A stretch of 64,000 bases of DNA from Balanoglossus misakiensis (Eukaryota; Animalia; Hemichordata): assembly GCA_040954595.2 (NCBI GenBank), contig CM082577.2, forward strand, positions 10,627,846-10,691,845. Reading direction: 5' to 3'. A program made the position numbers and the translations under genes. The notes under the pieces are model-generated. The model was not told the origin of the DNA. It saw only the letters and a list, made by a program, of their open reading frames with translations, and did no database searches. Position 1 is the first letter of the stretch. The number at the start of each line of letters is the position of its first letter. Below, piece by piece: positions 42,901 through 58,742 of the stretch.

Positions 42901-45486
42901 ATTATTCATATACTGTAACAGAGCGATGCTTTTCAACAAGTTTGAACTTGAAGGCAGGTAAACCAGCCAAGTCAGTACTGACAAGTAAACGGTATTAATC
43001 TTGAGATTAAAGTCGAACAAAAAGTCTTGATATCTTCGCTGAAAAGGCAGTGTAGACCAAATGATTCTTCTGACATAAGAGACTGTATTTTTTTCATTCA
43101 TCAGATCCAAACTGTTTTTAATTTTTTTCCTACAACATCAAGCATGCTCGAATGCCTAGTACTTGGCTCAGCTTCACACCCTGTACGCGCGGGTCAAGTG
43201 CACTTGTAGTGTTGACAATTGAAATAAATTTAGTGCACATTCCCATTTACTTGTCAACAATGAAAGGCATCAAATTATGTGAACCACATACATGTACATT
43301 CATAAACCATAACAAAAACTCACACAAGGAGCCTACATCCATTCAAAATAACAATTATTTTATTGACTTATCAAAACATCTCGAACAAATCTTCACATTT
43401 TATCTGTAACCAGTTCAACATGAATATGTTCACATATTAAACAAGTAGGTGATGCTAGTATTGTGGAAAAAATAGTATAGAAGTGTACCATGAACTATAC
43501 CCAACACTGGTTACATGTGCAATAAAGTTTCTCAATACTTTCGAATACATCCACTGTGACAATACAATAAATTTAAGAAAGAAATTGTCAGGAGAAAAAT
43601 AAGGGCCAACTATCATAATGTTTTTGACACAACTACAAGCAAACCAAATTTAGGATGTTTTTGTTTAGAATTGTCAACGTGAATATGTTTTGTGACAATT
43701 TACAGTAGGATGCCTTTTCGGACTTTTATTACTTGAAATGTTAAAACCTACCTAGACAGACACAACATAGATGCTCATCTTATGATTGATGTTTGAAAAG
43801 TGTTGGTGCTCCTCCCAAATCAGTAATGCGTAGGGACTATACTCTACCTACAATACTTTCAAATCAAACACTTCTCATGGAGAAAAAAATATATATAAAC
43901 TTTTTTAAAAGGACAGTTAGCTTATCTTTCACTAAATGTTGTATGAAAATAATTTTATCCTGCTTGCCACAGCACCATTATCGAGCAAGCAGGCAACACC
44001 AGTGAACACATCTGGTACACAAATACGGTGAACAAAATAGTAGCTTCGAACATGTACGTTTCAATATGCAGCAAAAAAAGGTGTTTTACGCCCCACTGAA
44101 ACCCGCATCAATGAATGGCCACCGGTGTGTGTGTATGTACCACAAAACTTCTGGGGATTTCACTCAAGTCTCGTACCAGCCTACCACATTCAACACGTGC
44201 AGAAATGAATATGAAAGTCACAACTACTGACTGTGCCTAGCCTAGAAAAATTGAGAAGTCTGAAATAAGCACATTATTTTGCGTAATAGTGGATTAAAAT
44301 TGTTTCAGGTTTAACACGGACGTGAACCTGGAACTTGAAACAATTGTTTCAGTCCTTATTACCAAGGAGGAAACCTGCCTCCTTGAAAGATAATGTTACG
44401 GTAACACCGACACACTGATCTGTTTATGATTTGATAAACAAAACAGCAACTTAAACTTGGGATTTGTGGCCACATCTCAGTTATACATCTGTGATAATTT
44501 TGTAAAGAACATTCTACACCCAGAAAAAAAATTGTTTCAGGGTGGTTACCAGCATTTTGTATGCCAGAAAAATGCCACAAACAATTATCTTAATTTGTTT
44601 TATCTTCAGTCTTGTTCATGGAAGCAGTCAAACCCCCAAATCTGGCTCTGCACTGGAAATAAAACAGGGTTAAACTGTAGAAAGCTAGCTGGTGATAATT
44701 CTCCAGGCAACTCGAATTTCCTAACAAAGTGTGAATCTAGAATGTGCAGATTGGAAACATTCCCCTGCATTGTACATCTACTGTAATTTGGACAATATAC
44801 AAATAATTCACTTTATATCCCAGAAACAGAAAATACTTGTACACTAAAAGGGGAAAACAAGGAAGAGCGCTCTTTATGTACAGCAAGTGCTTGAATTATT
44901 ACTTTTTTTTCTCGATATTTTTAAAACTGCGATGTGTAGATAACCGATATATCACGAGGAAAGACCATCTCTACATTCTATTTTTCAGAAAACACAGACA
45001 AAAATGCAGATGAGATTACAAATTACAAGAAACATGATTTCAAAGAACCCTTAGTACCGAAAAGAAGCACCTGGTGCAACTTACTAAACATTTCTCCTTT
45101 TTGCGGCAGACGGCCACATCATATAAATACGCATCTAATCCTTGGGTGTAAGTTCAAGACGACATGTGCTTCAGAGAGAGCGAGTTGAGCAAGATTTGAA
45201 GTCGAAGAAACCGACACGCAAGAACTGATGCGACCGCAGATCTTCGGCCAATGTTTAGTTCGACACTTTAAAGTAGTACAGAACACACCTGGGCGTAAAG
45301 CGTTCAAGGTCAAGGGTACCGGGGTAATCTGGGTTCCTGGAAATAATGTTACCAAGAACAGGAAAGACGACTGTTTTGTATTTCCGTTACAGAAGTTCTG
45401 GACTCCTCCAAAAGAAGACTCTCAAGTTGATTTCTTTCTTCTCAGTAAACAACAGCATCCATCTTGAAAAACAGTCGATTCACGAT

Positions 45487-47958
<2,472 letters not shown>

Positions 47959-48986
47959 ATTTGCATACTATTCACAGCTGAATATTTATATGGGAACAAC
48001 AAAACAGAACGAGAGTTATACTTGGAAGTTGGGTATCTAAAAATGTCACCGATAATACTCTGCATGCATAGGAACATTATCTTTACAATGATATTTCATG
48101 ATAACAGTTAAACACCGACCATCTCTTTTCACGTAGCTAGAAAACACTAATGCCTGGGATGGGAGGGCAGGTCTTGTCAGGACAATTTTCATTAACACAG
48201 CGCATATCAAATCATGCAAATTGAGTGTGGACGAAATATGGCCGGCGTTGCACCTTCATGCACATATGCACAACCATAGACCCTGGTGGGGCTCCAGGGT
48301 CTATGGTATCTTACAAAACGCTAACTCCAGCAACCAGCAAACAAAATACAGTATTTACACTTATAAATGCACCAGCAGAATGCTGTCAAACAATGATTAT
48401 TCGTTTGATCATGATACTCAACAATAACAAGATCACATGGGATGCAAGAAATGTTAGTGCTTCATGACCTAATCAGTCACAGATTACAAACTCGGTCATG
48501 ACAGATATACGGTTCTTTTGTACACAGGTTCAGTATTGTACAGTACTTATGTATTCCCCCGTAAAACGTGTTAACCGGAAGTGAACTACATGCATTAATT
48601 TTACGTTGCGCATGCATCCAATATTTTGTAAATTCCAGGGATATTTTTCAAATAGGTTTTCCTTAAAAAAACAACTACGACAGTAAACCTTTCATCAACT
48701 TAAACATTTGCCAGCATATGCCTTTTTGGGACAAATTACCCGGTAAATGTGTCATTTTCAAGACCATGTGTCGGTTCAAGAGTTGCATCACTGCCGATCG
48801 TATCAATGACACAATGACATTGGCTGTTTGTCAGCCGTGGTGCCGGTAAAACTCAAAAATTCCATCACCGAGCACCCATCCTCGATCGAAATCATAGAAC
48901 GGAATCACTCTATGACTCTGAACTGCATCCGCAAACATGCGGCAATCGAGGCAAACAGTACAGACGGCAATGTATCTTTTACTCAC

Positions 48987-49050
48987 CGTATCGTGAAAGA
49001 AATACAAAAAGCGAAAATGGCCGCCAGTTCTTTTGGTCACGTGACTTACC
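48987..49050 (-). promoter_or_regulatory. UBE2I promoter and non-coding first exon
   Basis: Donor ACG|GTGAGT at 48986-48981, YY1-like GGCGGCCATTTT about 49014-49025, palindromic E-box GTCACGTGAC 49036-49045; matching acceptor at 47978-47979 upstream of the ATG exon. Confidence 0.7.
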
Positions 49051-49520
49051 CATAAAGCCGTGCGCTCTAGCCACTTGGGAAGTTCCAGGTTCGGCCCAGG
49101 CAGACGGAACTGTCTTTATGCTGAATTGTTTAACATAAATACTTGAAGTTGAAAAATATCATTTAGAAATTAGAGGGAATGGCAACACAGAAAGAACGAG
49201 ACTGTCAATATTTTTGCCCACTACACCACTTGCTATTTTGGTTCAAGTATACTTCAATTTTCCGTCTTTGCCTCAGATCAAAATGGAAACTTCATTCATC
49301 CATGATTCATCCAACCTATGTTCATACGGACCAGAACAATGACTTCTTTCAATATGAAATTATTTTTACTGATAGCATATCCATCTCCAGAATTAAAACA
49401 GGCAGAACTACTGTGTATTGTCGACTAAATTTCTCTGCATGCACACCTATTTTAGGGACAGTTTAGGTAGCAGTAGTAATGAGTTTTTTCTTTGTTGCTG
49501 ATTTGGTATCAACTGCAGTG

Positions 49521-49836
49521 ACAGGGGACTCTCCCTCCACACTTTTAGTGTGTATGTTTGCTGTTATTGATTGACATTATAAACAAAAATGTTTGTTTAT
49601 TTTTTTTTATAAATATGGTCAGGTTTGTTTCTTGACATGTTAGGGTTATTCGCTCCACAGCATAAACCCCAACCCTACCCTAACCTTTGAATATACCCTA
49701 ACCCTAACATGTCAACAAACATAACCATATTTATAAATAAATAAATAAACAAACAAATAGTTTTGTTTATTACATTAATCAATAACAACAAACAAACAAA
49801 CAAACACACTAAAACTATGGAGGGAGAGCCCCCTGT
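49521..49836. mobile_element. Degenerate fold-back MITE with internal telomere-like repeats
   Basis: acaggggactctccctcca..ttttagtgtgt pairs with acacactaaaa..tggagggagagccccctgt; internal gttagggtt and ccctaaccctaa. Confidence 0.55.
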
Positions 49837-50456
49837 GGTTAGGGTCATGGTTAGTGATTGCATGATCAATCTCACAACATAAGACCATGTCACCCTCCCC
49901 AATACTAGTATTTCTACCAGTACGTGGACTGAGTGCAGAAGTCCCGATGCAGAAGTCAAAATTTGTTTGCATCAATTTGCTGAGTCGAGCTAGTGAACCA
50001 GTGAATGCATGCACCCCGAGCCAATAAAACACATAATTACAGTACATAACAGAAAGAAACCTCTTTCAGTATGAAAAGCAAATTATAAAATTTAATATAA
50101 TATAAATATTGTTTTATTTGTTTTCTAAACCTGCAGACTCGAACATATTCTAATCAAATACAGTACAGTTGATAGCAAACAGACAGAAATGAAGTGTTAC
50201 AGAGTTAGAAACCTTAACGACCTATACATTTTTTAATGCTCACATGCAGGTGACCTATCGTACACGTAAGCAATTTATGACTTAAATTGTTTCAAGAGCT
50301 CAAAACAAATAAAAACAACACATTTCAAAAATGTCAGCAAGATTCCGAATTTTGCATTAAAAATATATGAAAGCACCGATTTATGAAGATTTATTTAGTT
50401 GAGTAAACTTGAGAGGATGCAGCCACGTGCTAGTTTCACATTTTGCAGTTGACCCC

Positions 50457-53400
50457 TTATTCTGTTGATAGGTGCTTCAGCAATAATGTCGTTACTTCAG
50501 TAATATGAAGTTTTTCCTGCAAAAAAGAGAATAAAATTATTTTTGTATTTATTATGGGTCAATCAATCGCGGTAGAAAATTAACATTATCATTGTAATTG
50601 TCAGTCTGTATCCTGCCTCCAATATCCACAAATGTGAAAGCTGCCGTGACTGGCAAAATGGTAACTGCACCACAACCAATGGCAATCAGACACCATTTTA
50701 AAGGGACATAACCTGTATGCTTTGGCTTTGTATATTTTTGTTCTGTGTACCCAATGCAATATTCTACTCCAAATTCATGCTAATATACCTAGTACTCAGC
50801 TTGTCAACAAAGTCTGTATGTGTATAACTGCCATTGTTATTGTTGACAAATGAATTCTAGTCCGGACTAGAATACAAATTTTGCACATTAATAACAATGC
50901 TGATTACATACTTATATGTTGTGTTAATAAGCTGGGTACTGGGCATTTTATCATATTTCAGGAATCTGAACAAGAAACTGCAGTAGATACACAAAACAAA
51001 CATACTGAAAACACAGCGAAAGCCCATCCTTGACTTACCCTGAGTGTGGTGTCTCTGTTTCTCATGGTGATGACACCATTTTGCAAAGTGTTTTCATTGA
51101 TAATAACAGTGAAAGGCACGCCCATTTCATCAAATCTGAAAATCAATGAAAAAAGCAGTAATGAAGATGAGAGTTAGTGTACGCAAAAATCAACAGGCCT
51201 CCTGGATCTTTCCTTTTTTTCCAAAATGGTAAACAAATGACTCTCCAGCACTACACTCCCCAGTTTAGTCCATCCCTACTTTTGAATTTTCGCCATCTCA
51301 GTACCATGGAGCTGAGCATGGACAGGACTTTGGCCACACAAAATAAAGCCAGTAAAAAAGATACACCTGCATTCGACTGTTAAGTCCTTAAACAATCCAC
51401 AGTCTTAACCCTTTCACCCCCAAGTTCCCTCTATAGAGATCCAATCTTACCATAGAAAACAATGGGTTTGGACTGAACCATGGTGGTGAAAGGGTTAAAG
51501 AAGTTTGGGTGGGCTTCTGCTTATTAAAGGAAAACCCACACAAATCTTTTTTTCGTTTTTGAATCATGATTCACCTCTCTGTATTTCGGAACCAAATTAT
51601 CACAAGTTTACAAGTGCAATTGAATTCCTGAGATCTTCATGTATAGGAAAAATTACAGTTTGTAACACAACCCATGAACAGAAAAATTTCTCCAAACTCT
51701 CCACGTGAATATCAGATACACAACTCTGCATTCCAATGCATGTATCTAATAATTATTTAGAATTCAGCAACAAACAATAAGCAGGCACTGTTCTGTTCAC
51801 ACACCTCACAAAATGTTGCTCTAACGTAGTCTGTGTGTCGCACACGTACAATGTATTAACTCCGGACACGCGTAGTTCTCTCGACAGATGTTCTGAAATC
51901 TGTGAACAAAGAAAACACACGGTACAGAAAGCAGTTGAGAATATTACCATGAAATTACATGTTTTCAGCTCATTTTATAAAACCCCTCATGTCTGCAAAA
52001 CATTTTCTCAGGAAAATAATGCTGAGCATGTGCCTTATGTTGTATTCAAAACAACCAACCGAACCAGATCATGCTTACATAAAAGATCAAATTACAAGCT
52101 TGGAATGTACATACTGCAATATTGACAAGACTGAGTAAAAAAATAAAATTTTGCAGTATCGATAACCAGGCCCCACCCAAATTTTACAAACTGACCTCAA
52201 ACCTTTTATTACGAAATACATGTAATGCAAAATTGCAGACTTCATCCCGATTTGAACAAAGTGAACTGAATAAAGTGACACAGTGTGCTGCATTTTTAAA
52301 TTAAAAAAATTGTCTTATTTGTTTTTCACCCACCTCTCTTAACTCTCTGGTATTCTTCAGAGGAATGACTGCCACTTTGAATGGAGTTATCTTCATATGA
52401 AAACTCAGCAACTAAAATATTTACAAAAAAATAACATTTTATATAGTTTTATGGCCTTTTTCAGGTGACAGGCACATTTAGAAATGAAGTCCAAATTACT
52501 AATAACCATTCTAGAACAAAATGTTTAAAAGAACAATTCTCTGTTGGCACGTTGTTTAAAGTAGAACAAGAAATTACATTTGGTTCATTTGGTACGAAGA
52601 ATAAAAGTACAGAAAATACAGCCAAAAGTTACAGCTATGTCCCTTGAAGTTACCTCTCGAGATCGGAGCTTGCCTTTGGTGTCCACTCTCTCTTTCTGCT
52701 GGTGGGCGTCCAGCAGGTAGGCCAAGATCCCCTTGTTGAGTTCAGCTGTGGCTTCTATGATTACCGGAGTGACGTTTCTCCTGCCAAATTTACTCTGGCG
52801 GACAGGTGGATGGTGAAAAACATTGGGTGAGGATCAATAAATAGTCAAGGGATTTCTCAAACTAAACACATGCTTTTTCAGTGCATTCATTTGAACATGA
52901 CTGAAAAAATGAATTTTCTTTGAATTTCAATGAAAAATTGTTTCAAAAATGACAAAATGTGTACTTCAGCAAGATACTATCACTTTCAAAGCTTCTCTGA
53001 ACAAATACCAAATATTTTATAAAGATCGATGAAATTACATCTTGGTGCCATATTGATGTTTCATTGTGAATTACCTTTTTCTTTTATTAAACAAGCAAGA
53101 TTGAAAGTTTGAGATGTAGTTTGTGATTAATTTTTTTACAAAATTTTATTGACATGCAACAGCCGAGTCTGTACATATAAATAAGAGAAGCACAAAGCTT
53201 GTACACGTGTAAGGTAAGAATCATTTCCATACAGTAATCATTGCAAATAATAAAATCATGTGCACCTATAAAAATATGTTGCACATCCATAAACATTTTG
53301 AAATAATAGAATTAGCAGTAAACAGGGTGTATTTTTATGGTGAATGTAATTTGAAGAAAACTGTAACGGAAAATCTGTGAAAGATACAGCTATATTTGTT

Positions 53401-56400
53401 CTAAAGCAAAATGGCAATTTTTCCATATTCATGGAATTTACCAAATGACAACAGGAGATATGATTGCATTTATGAGGAAACACTGAGAAGTAAGATTTGA
53501 GTTCATTCTGGAAAACATGCTCATCCCAATGTCACAGAACCTGTTACATGATTTGTAGAAATAACATCTGTCGCACGTCCCCAGGCAGGGTAGCTACCCA
53601 TAAATGTATTCAAACAAGATATTTATTTCTATAAGAGAGAATTACTGTAAATTTTAATTGCATGCATGTACTATAAGATTAGCATTAAAATACTGCAGAT
53701 CACACGCTCAGTCAAACAATACATTGTGCTGATTCCTTCATGAATGATTTGCAAAATTATACACTATGCAGTTTTGTGCTTGGGAAATATCCATTCTCTG
53801 CAACAGTCCAAAATACAAATATTTTATTTCAAGGCGACACTTGGGATTTTGAATAATTTTTAACAGCAATTTTTTATTTTATTTGATGATCAAGATTTAT
53901 GTTTACAACATTTAAAGGTATACAGTCACCTCCAATTTACATATGCCTGAAATGGTGTATTTGAGCGTTCTAAAGAACATATGGTGGCGCTCTTTTTTTC
54001 GTGTGTGCCACCCACTGAAAATCTGTGATTGGCTAGATCTCAAATTGTCATGGTAACTATTGCTAATTATCCATAGGTGACTGTATACCTTTAATTGGAG
54101 CAAAAATTTACCCACCTGTACACTAATTCCTATCTCCTGCAGTTCTAACAAATCGGCGTCACCCCTGTTGGTTATTCTTTCTATCGTGTCCACTCCCCAC
54201 GGGAATTCATATTGCACTTCAACGGTTTGTTGGGTCTCGCTTATTTTGATGTCCGTCAACCGGAACTTGGAAGGGTTGCCTGCAAACTTCAGAGCCAAAC
54301 TTCTGAGTTATCATGACATATCGATTTTTTAAAATAATTTCCTGCTTTGGGGAAGGAATTTAAATCTTTTTCTTGGTAGTAGTATTAGCAATCGCATTTT
54401 AATAAATGATTGTTATATCGTGACGAAAATCACTTAAAAGTCATCAATTTTGAACAATATCTTCTGAGGTGACCTTTTCACACTGATTCAGGGGTCAAAG
54501 GTCATTAATTATAACAAGAATCTACCTTTCTCCACCAGAGAATCCTCTCTCGCTGCCACGTATCCATCCATTTTGTCGCAATCTTTGGAGGCGAGAAAAA
54601 CTGCAGAGACAACTGGGTAAACTCTGATGAACTGTGAACCAAATTTGATGATAAATTATGAGACTAGTTTGTGCTGAATATCACACCCACGGTAACTTAG
54701 GAGACAAATGATAATTTACCATTTTTAAAGTGCAATCTGGTGTTTCTCATGTCAAAAGATGGCCAGTTAACCCTTTAAACTGATTCTTGCTACTGCCCTC
54801 AGTGGTGGTCATCATACATTTTCTTGTTTATTGGCATTAACACAGATGTGTGCTCTTGCGATTTCTTTGCATGTTCTATCATGGTGACTTACTTGAAAAT
54901 GAATTTCTCTGCATCCATGTTATCAGAGTTCTTCACAAAACAGTGTCCAATCTGAGCCAAACCGAACGGCAACTTGTTGTTCAGCAACTTCAAGCCTGCA
55001 GGGTACTGGCACAAAATACCTGGTTGGATGAGACACAAAATCGATCAGGGTTAACCCTGACCTTCTCAGAGAGATCTTCCCGTTTTTTTTTCATTGGGAT
55101 AGCTGGTAACGACAAATATGATGCAGAATTTGGATGGACACCCAAACATTGAAGCCAAGACTGTGTTTATTAAAGGGACAAAGTATCTCTCTCACTGCCC
55201 ATTTTCCATTAATGTTTGATACAAGACTAGGTTCATGTTATTCTACATGTAGATATATAGAAAATCAACATTCAATGACACACAACTTCCATCCCGTTTG
55301 TAAGATTTGAGAGTAAAAATCCCACCAAAATGAATAAATGGCAACAAGTTGGATGGATGTTGTGTGTGGTTGAACTTTGATTCACTATATATCCACATGT
55401 AGAATAATATAAACGGTGTCTTGTATCAAACATAATTAATGGAAAATGGGCAGCGAGAGAGAGAGACTTTGTCCCTTTAATGAGAATGGAAACAGACAAA
55501 CCTCTGTGTTATAATATTTAGATACAATTATTTCATACTGCAGTACTCATATGTGATGACAGCTGGTACAATGGAGCAAGCCCCTTCTGAATGAAATCTT
55601 GAATATCAATTTGTCTCGATGAACATATAATTACAACAGAGAGCTATGACACACTTACTTTTTTGACAGGAAGACTGCAGAAATATTTGTTGACTGAATG
55701 AAGACCTGCGGGCAGATTAGTTTCAAAACAATGACCTTATTTTGACAAGAAAGGCAAGAAAACTTGAATTACCGTTGAAAGACTGCATTTAGCATACCGT
55801 ATGTACCAACAAAAGTACATGTACCAGAAATGGGAGGTCAACCAAGGGTCACAAAGAAGTGTCCAATCACTATCCTCTATGAGGCCCCCTGCGTCTCTTG
55901 ACCCAACTTCAAATTTTCTTGAATTACAATTCCCCCCAAAATTTCAATTCAGAATATTTAGCCTACATGGCACATGTTCCAGAAGATTTGTCACAAGTTA
56001 ATCCCTGGCCAATATTTACACAACTACAGGTATGGGCATCCATACCAAGGCTTCCACAGCCAACCTCAACCTACCCATTTGCTGTGGTTGTTGAGTTTTC
56101 AGAGTTAGGGTAGACAACCGACAAAGCCTGTTTGTCACCGTCGCAATCATACGTTAACTGAGAACTATCCACACCATAAACCAATTCCTGCGATAACACC
56201 GTACTTGTCCACCTGGAGGAATCAATCGAAAATATGACAACATCCTTATGAAACATGAATCTGTATAGGTCTGTACCTACGGATTTTGACACCTCTATCT
56301 ATAAAATTCAAAAGAAAAGGGCTCGAAGAACAAAACCACGCATCACCATTGTTGAAGTAAATTTCTCTTCAGCTCCGTTCCCAGCGGTCCGTACAGAAAG

Positions 56401-56492
56401 CTTCCCGGCAGCAGTTTTCCCGGAACCTCAGCCGCGGAATACACGTATCCTTGCCTGCTACACAGAGATATCAACTTCTGCAGTGGTGTCAT
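50457..56492 (-). CDS. POLG2: DNA polymerase gamma accessory subunit, about 401 aa
   Basis: Exons 56492-56347, 56212-56075, 55705-55659, 55019-54893, 54631-54526, 54286-54116, 52794-52654, 52411-52334, 51899-51805, 51135-51039, 50516-50457 (1206 nt, phases consistent). Motifs YGPLGTELKRNL..WW, NKLPFGLAQIG, WWRKFA, FPWGVDTIE, DEMGVPFTV, RNRDTT. The start codon and exon 3 are less certain. Confidence 0.9.
50700..51020. mobile_element. Kolobok-like element, truncated next to a POLG2 donor
   Basis: Starts ttaa-agggacata; homologous to 32764-33123. Confidence 0.65.
51409..51494. mobile_element. piggyBac-like MITE (best-preserved copy)
   Basis: TTAA TSD on both sides, TIR ccctttcacc / ggtgaaaggg. 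Confidence 0.82.
53916..54090. mobile_element. 175-bp Kolobok-like MITE
   Basis: TTAA TSD, perfect 16-bp TIR aggtatacagtcacct; partial relative at about 6735-6820. Confidence 0.82.
55174..55476. mobile_element. About 300-bp Kolobok-like fold-back element
   Basis: TTAA TSD, long imperfect TIRs agggacaaagt..ctctct..ctgcccattttccattaat; partial copy at 27080-27319. Confidence 0.82.
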
Positions 56493-57160
56493 TTCAACCT
56501 CAGTTTAATGTCCAATGCAGCGTTCTCCGGCAATTTCCATTTTTTGACTGGTTCTCCAGATTCTAAGTGGGAAAGTTTCTTGTCGATGGATGTTAAGTCT
56601 TTCTACACATAAGCTATGCAGTAGGCCTACACCATGGTTTAATTAATACACAATTAATAGCACACCGACACAAGTTCCACTTTGATTGAGAAACACATTC
56701 ATGGGTGCTGGGGTTTTCTTAGATGGCCATATTGTGTGCATCCAACAATTTCAGGACCTGAAAGGACGAAAAACAGTATTAAAATTGAACATGCAGTACC
56801 AGTATATTTGCTCTGTAATATTATTGTTCCGAGTGCTAAGAATCCACAGACCATGAAAAAAATACAACTACATGTAGAACGTTCATCGCTACTTTTTCCA
56901 CTATTTGAAAGTCATTGCCATATACATCCTGGAATATTAAACCCGATAATTCAAGAGCATGGACCAATGGCAGAGAAAATGCAAAATCCAGGGCGGCATT
57001 TGGATTAGCCAATTGAAAATAAAATTGAGAAAAAATAGTGAAAACAGCCCCTCTCGCCAGCTTCCAAGTTTCACTTGGCCATTGAGGGCACACATTTAAT
57101 CAGACCACATGACATCTGCGTAGGCGGCGAGAGGGGCTGTGAAAGAGTCAGGCTACTTAA

Positions 57161-57665
57161 AGGCACGTAAGCTGTAACTTTTGGGATAATTTTCATAATT
57201 TTTGTTTCAAACTGCACTACCATTAGTCCATGCAGATGAAGGCAGTGAACTATACACAAGCATTATAAACCCTAAATATGAGTGCATATGCAAGTTTTAA
57301 CCAGATAAATAATAAAGCTTTGCCGCAAGCGATTATGGCCGCCACCGTGGGAAAATGCAAGAAACAATGAAAATGTTGCATTTCTGGTTATGAAACTTCA
57401 TAAACAAAACATGATCTCATCCACTTGAGCTCATGGAAGTAAATGTACACCACTGAGACATCAGATTTTCATTTTTCATTGCAATATTGCACATTTTTTT
57501 AAATTGCAGGAATTTACGTTTTTCTTTAATTTTTGGCCATTTTGTCATAAATAAGTGTTGAGCTTGATATATTATCATGAAATATCATTTAATAGACATA
57601 ATTAAAAGCATATATGAGATTATTTAAAACTTTAATTTTTTTATCCAGTTACAGCTTACATGCCT
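57161..57665. mobile_element. About 505-bp Kolobok-like element, copy 2
   Basis: TTAA TSD, TIR aggcacgtaagctgtaact / agttacagcttacatgcct; highly similar to 40469-40973. Confidence 0.88.
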
Positions 57666-57873
57666 TTAAGGGGCCACTAGGCTTGTATTTGCTTATGGTA
57701 AATGCACTGACTCCCCAGCAAACTTATCAAATGTAAATACGGTCCTGAGGGATGACCGAGCATTGCTTTCCTTACAATGTAAGCCTAAGGTAAGCAATGC
57801 TGTTGATCGATCAAGATCTCTTTCCCAGAAAGAATTAAAAATCAAGAATCAAACGTCTTGTTTTCCCCATCAC

Positions 57874-57879
57874 TTTATT
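57874..57879 (-). terminator. Putative CCNC poly(A) signal
   Basis: AATAAA on the minus strand about 870 nt after the stop, at the end of an AT-rich UTR. Confidence 0.45.
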
Positions 57880-58248
57880 TTGACATAATACATAAAAGAA
57901 AAGCTGATGAGAAAAATATGAATAAACTACATAAAAAATAGTCTTATTTCGTGGCCACCTGCCAAAGTCTCCTGAGCGGGAACAACTCCCAGAATATGTC
58001 ATTGGACACAATCGTCTTATGAACTACCGGTAACACATTACACATAATGCCACATTGTTTGTACACAAAATTTAACATCAAATAATATCACAAAATTCAT
58101 TGTTCTCTTGATATTTATTATTGTTGTCATTCAATATTTGGGTGGGTACACTTTAGTGATTGTGTCACACTATTAAAAAATAATTCATATCGGGTAGATT
58201 TTTGATGTTAACACACCTAATGCTCATGTCATGTTGTGATTGGCTAGA

Positions 58249-58326
58249 ATCAGTCATGTGACAAGGAGAGAGAATGTCTATTTCCCTAAGGAAATAGTCA
58301 TTCTCTGTCCCTGTCACATGACTGAT
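58249..58326. repeat. 78-bp near-perfect hairpin in the CCNC 3' UTR
   Basis: 37-bp arms with 3 differences around a 4-nt loop. Confidence 0.85.
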
Positions 58327-58742
58327 AGTCACACCTATTACTATCTGGTCACCTGACTAATGTGAATTCACATCAAGACACGAGTATCAGTTGTGTTAAC
58401 TTATAAACACATATTACCTGGTCCAGTTTCGAACTGTAAGACCCATCATGACTGTAAGGTACCAACTCTCAGTCCTGTGGGGGTAATAAACTGGTGCTTT
58501 AGCTCTATTGGTCAGACTCGGGGAGTATGTGTTCAATATAAGAAAAACAGCACTGCTTGTCAGTTTTGTTGATAATAGCAACACACGGACTTAAGGTTGG
58601 CATAGTTTTTAATAAACAGTTTTTTCTCATTGTTCAAACTGTCGTATCAGAATTATCCCTGGGTTTGATTTTGTTTGATGTCATCACAGCGTCCATTATC
58701 TTTGAGAGAGGCAATATTGAACTAAAATATAAGTTTTAGAAT

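Noticed and set aside
55062-55102. Candidate small POLG2 exon (KKREDLSEK)
   Set aside because: Phase-incompatible or stop-containing, and leaves a roughly 42-nt intron; exon 55705-55659 joins the frames correctly.
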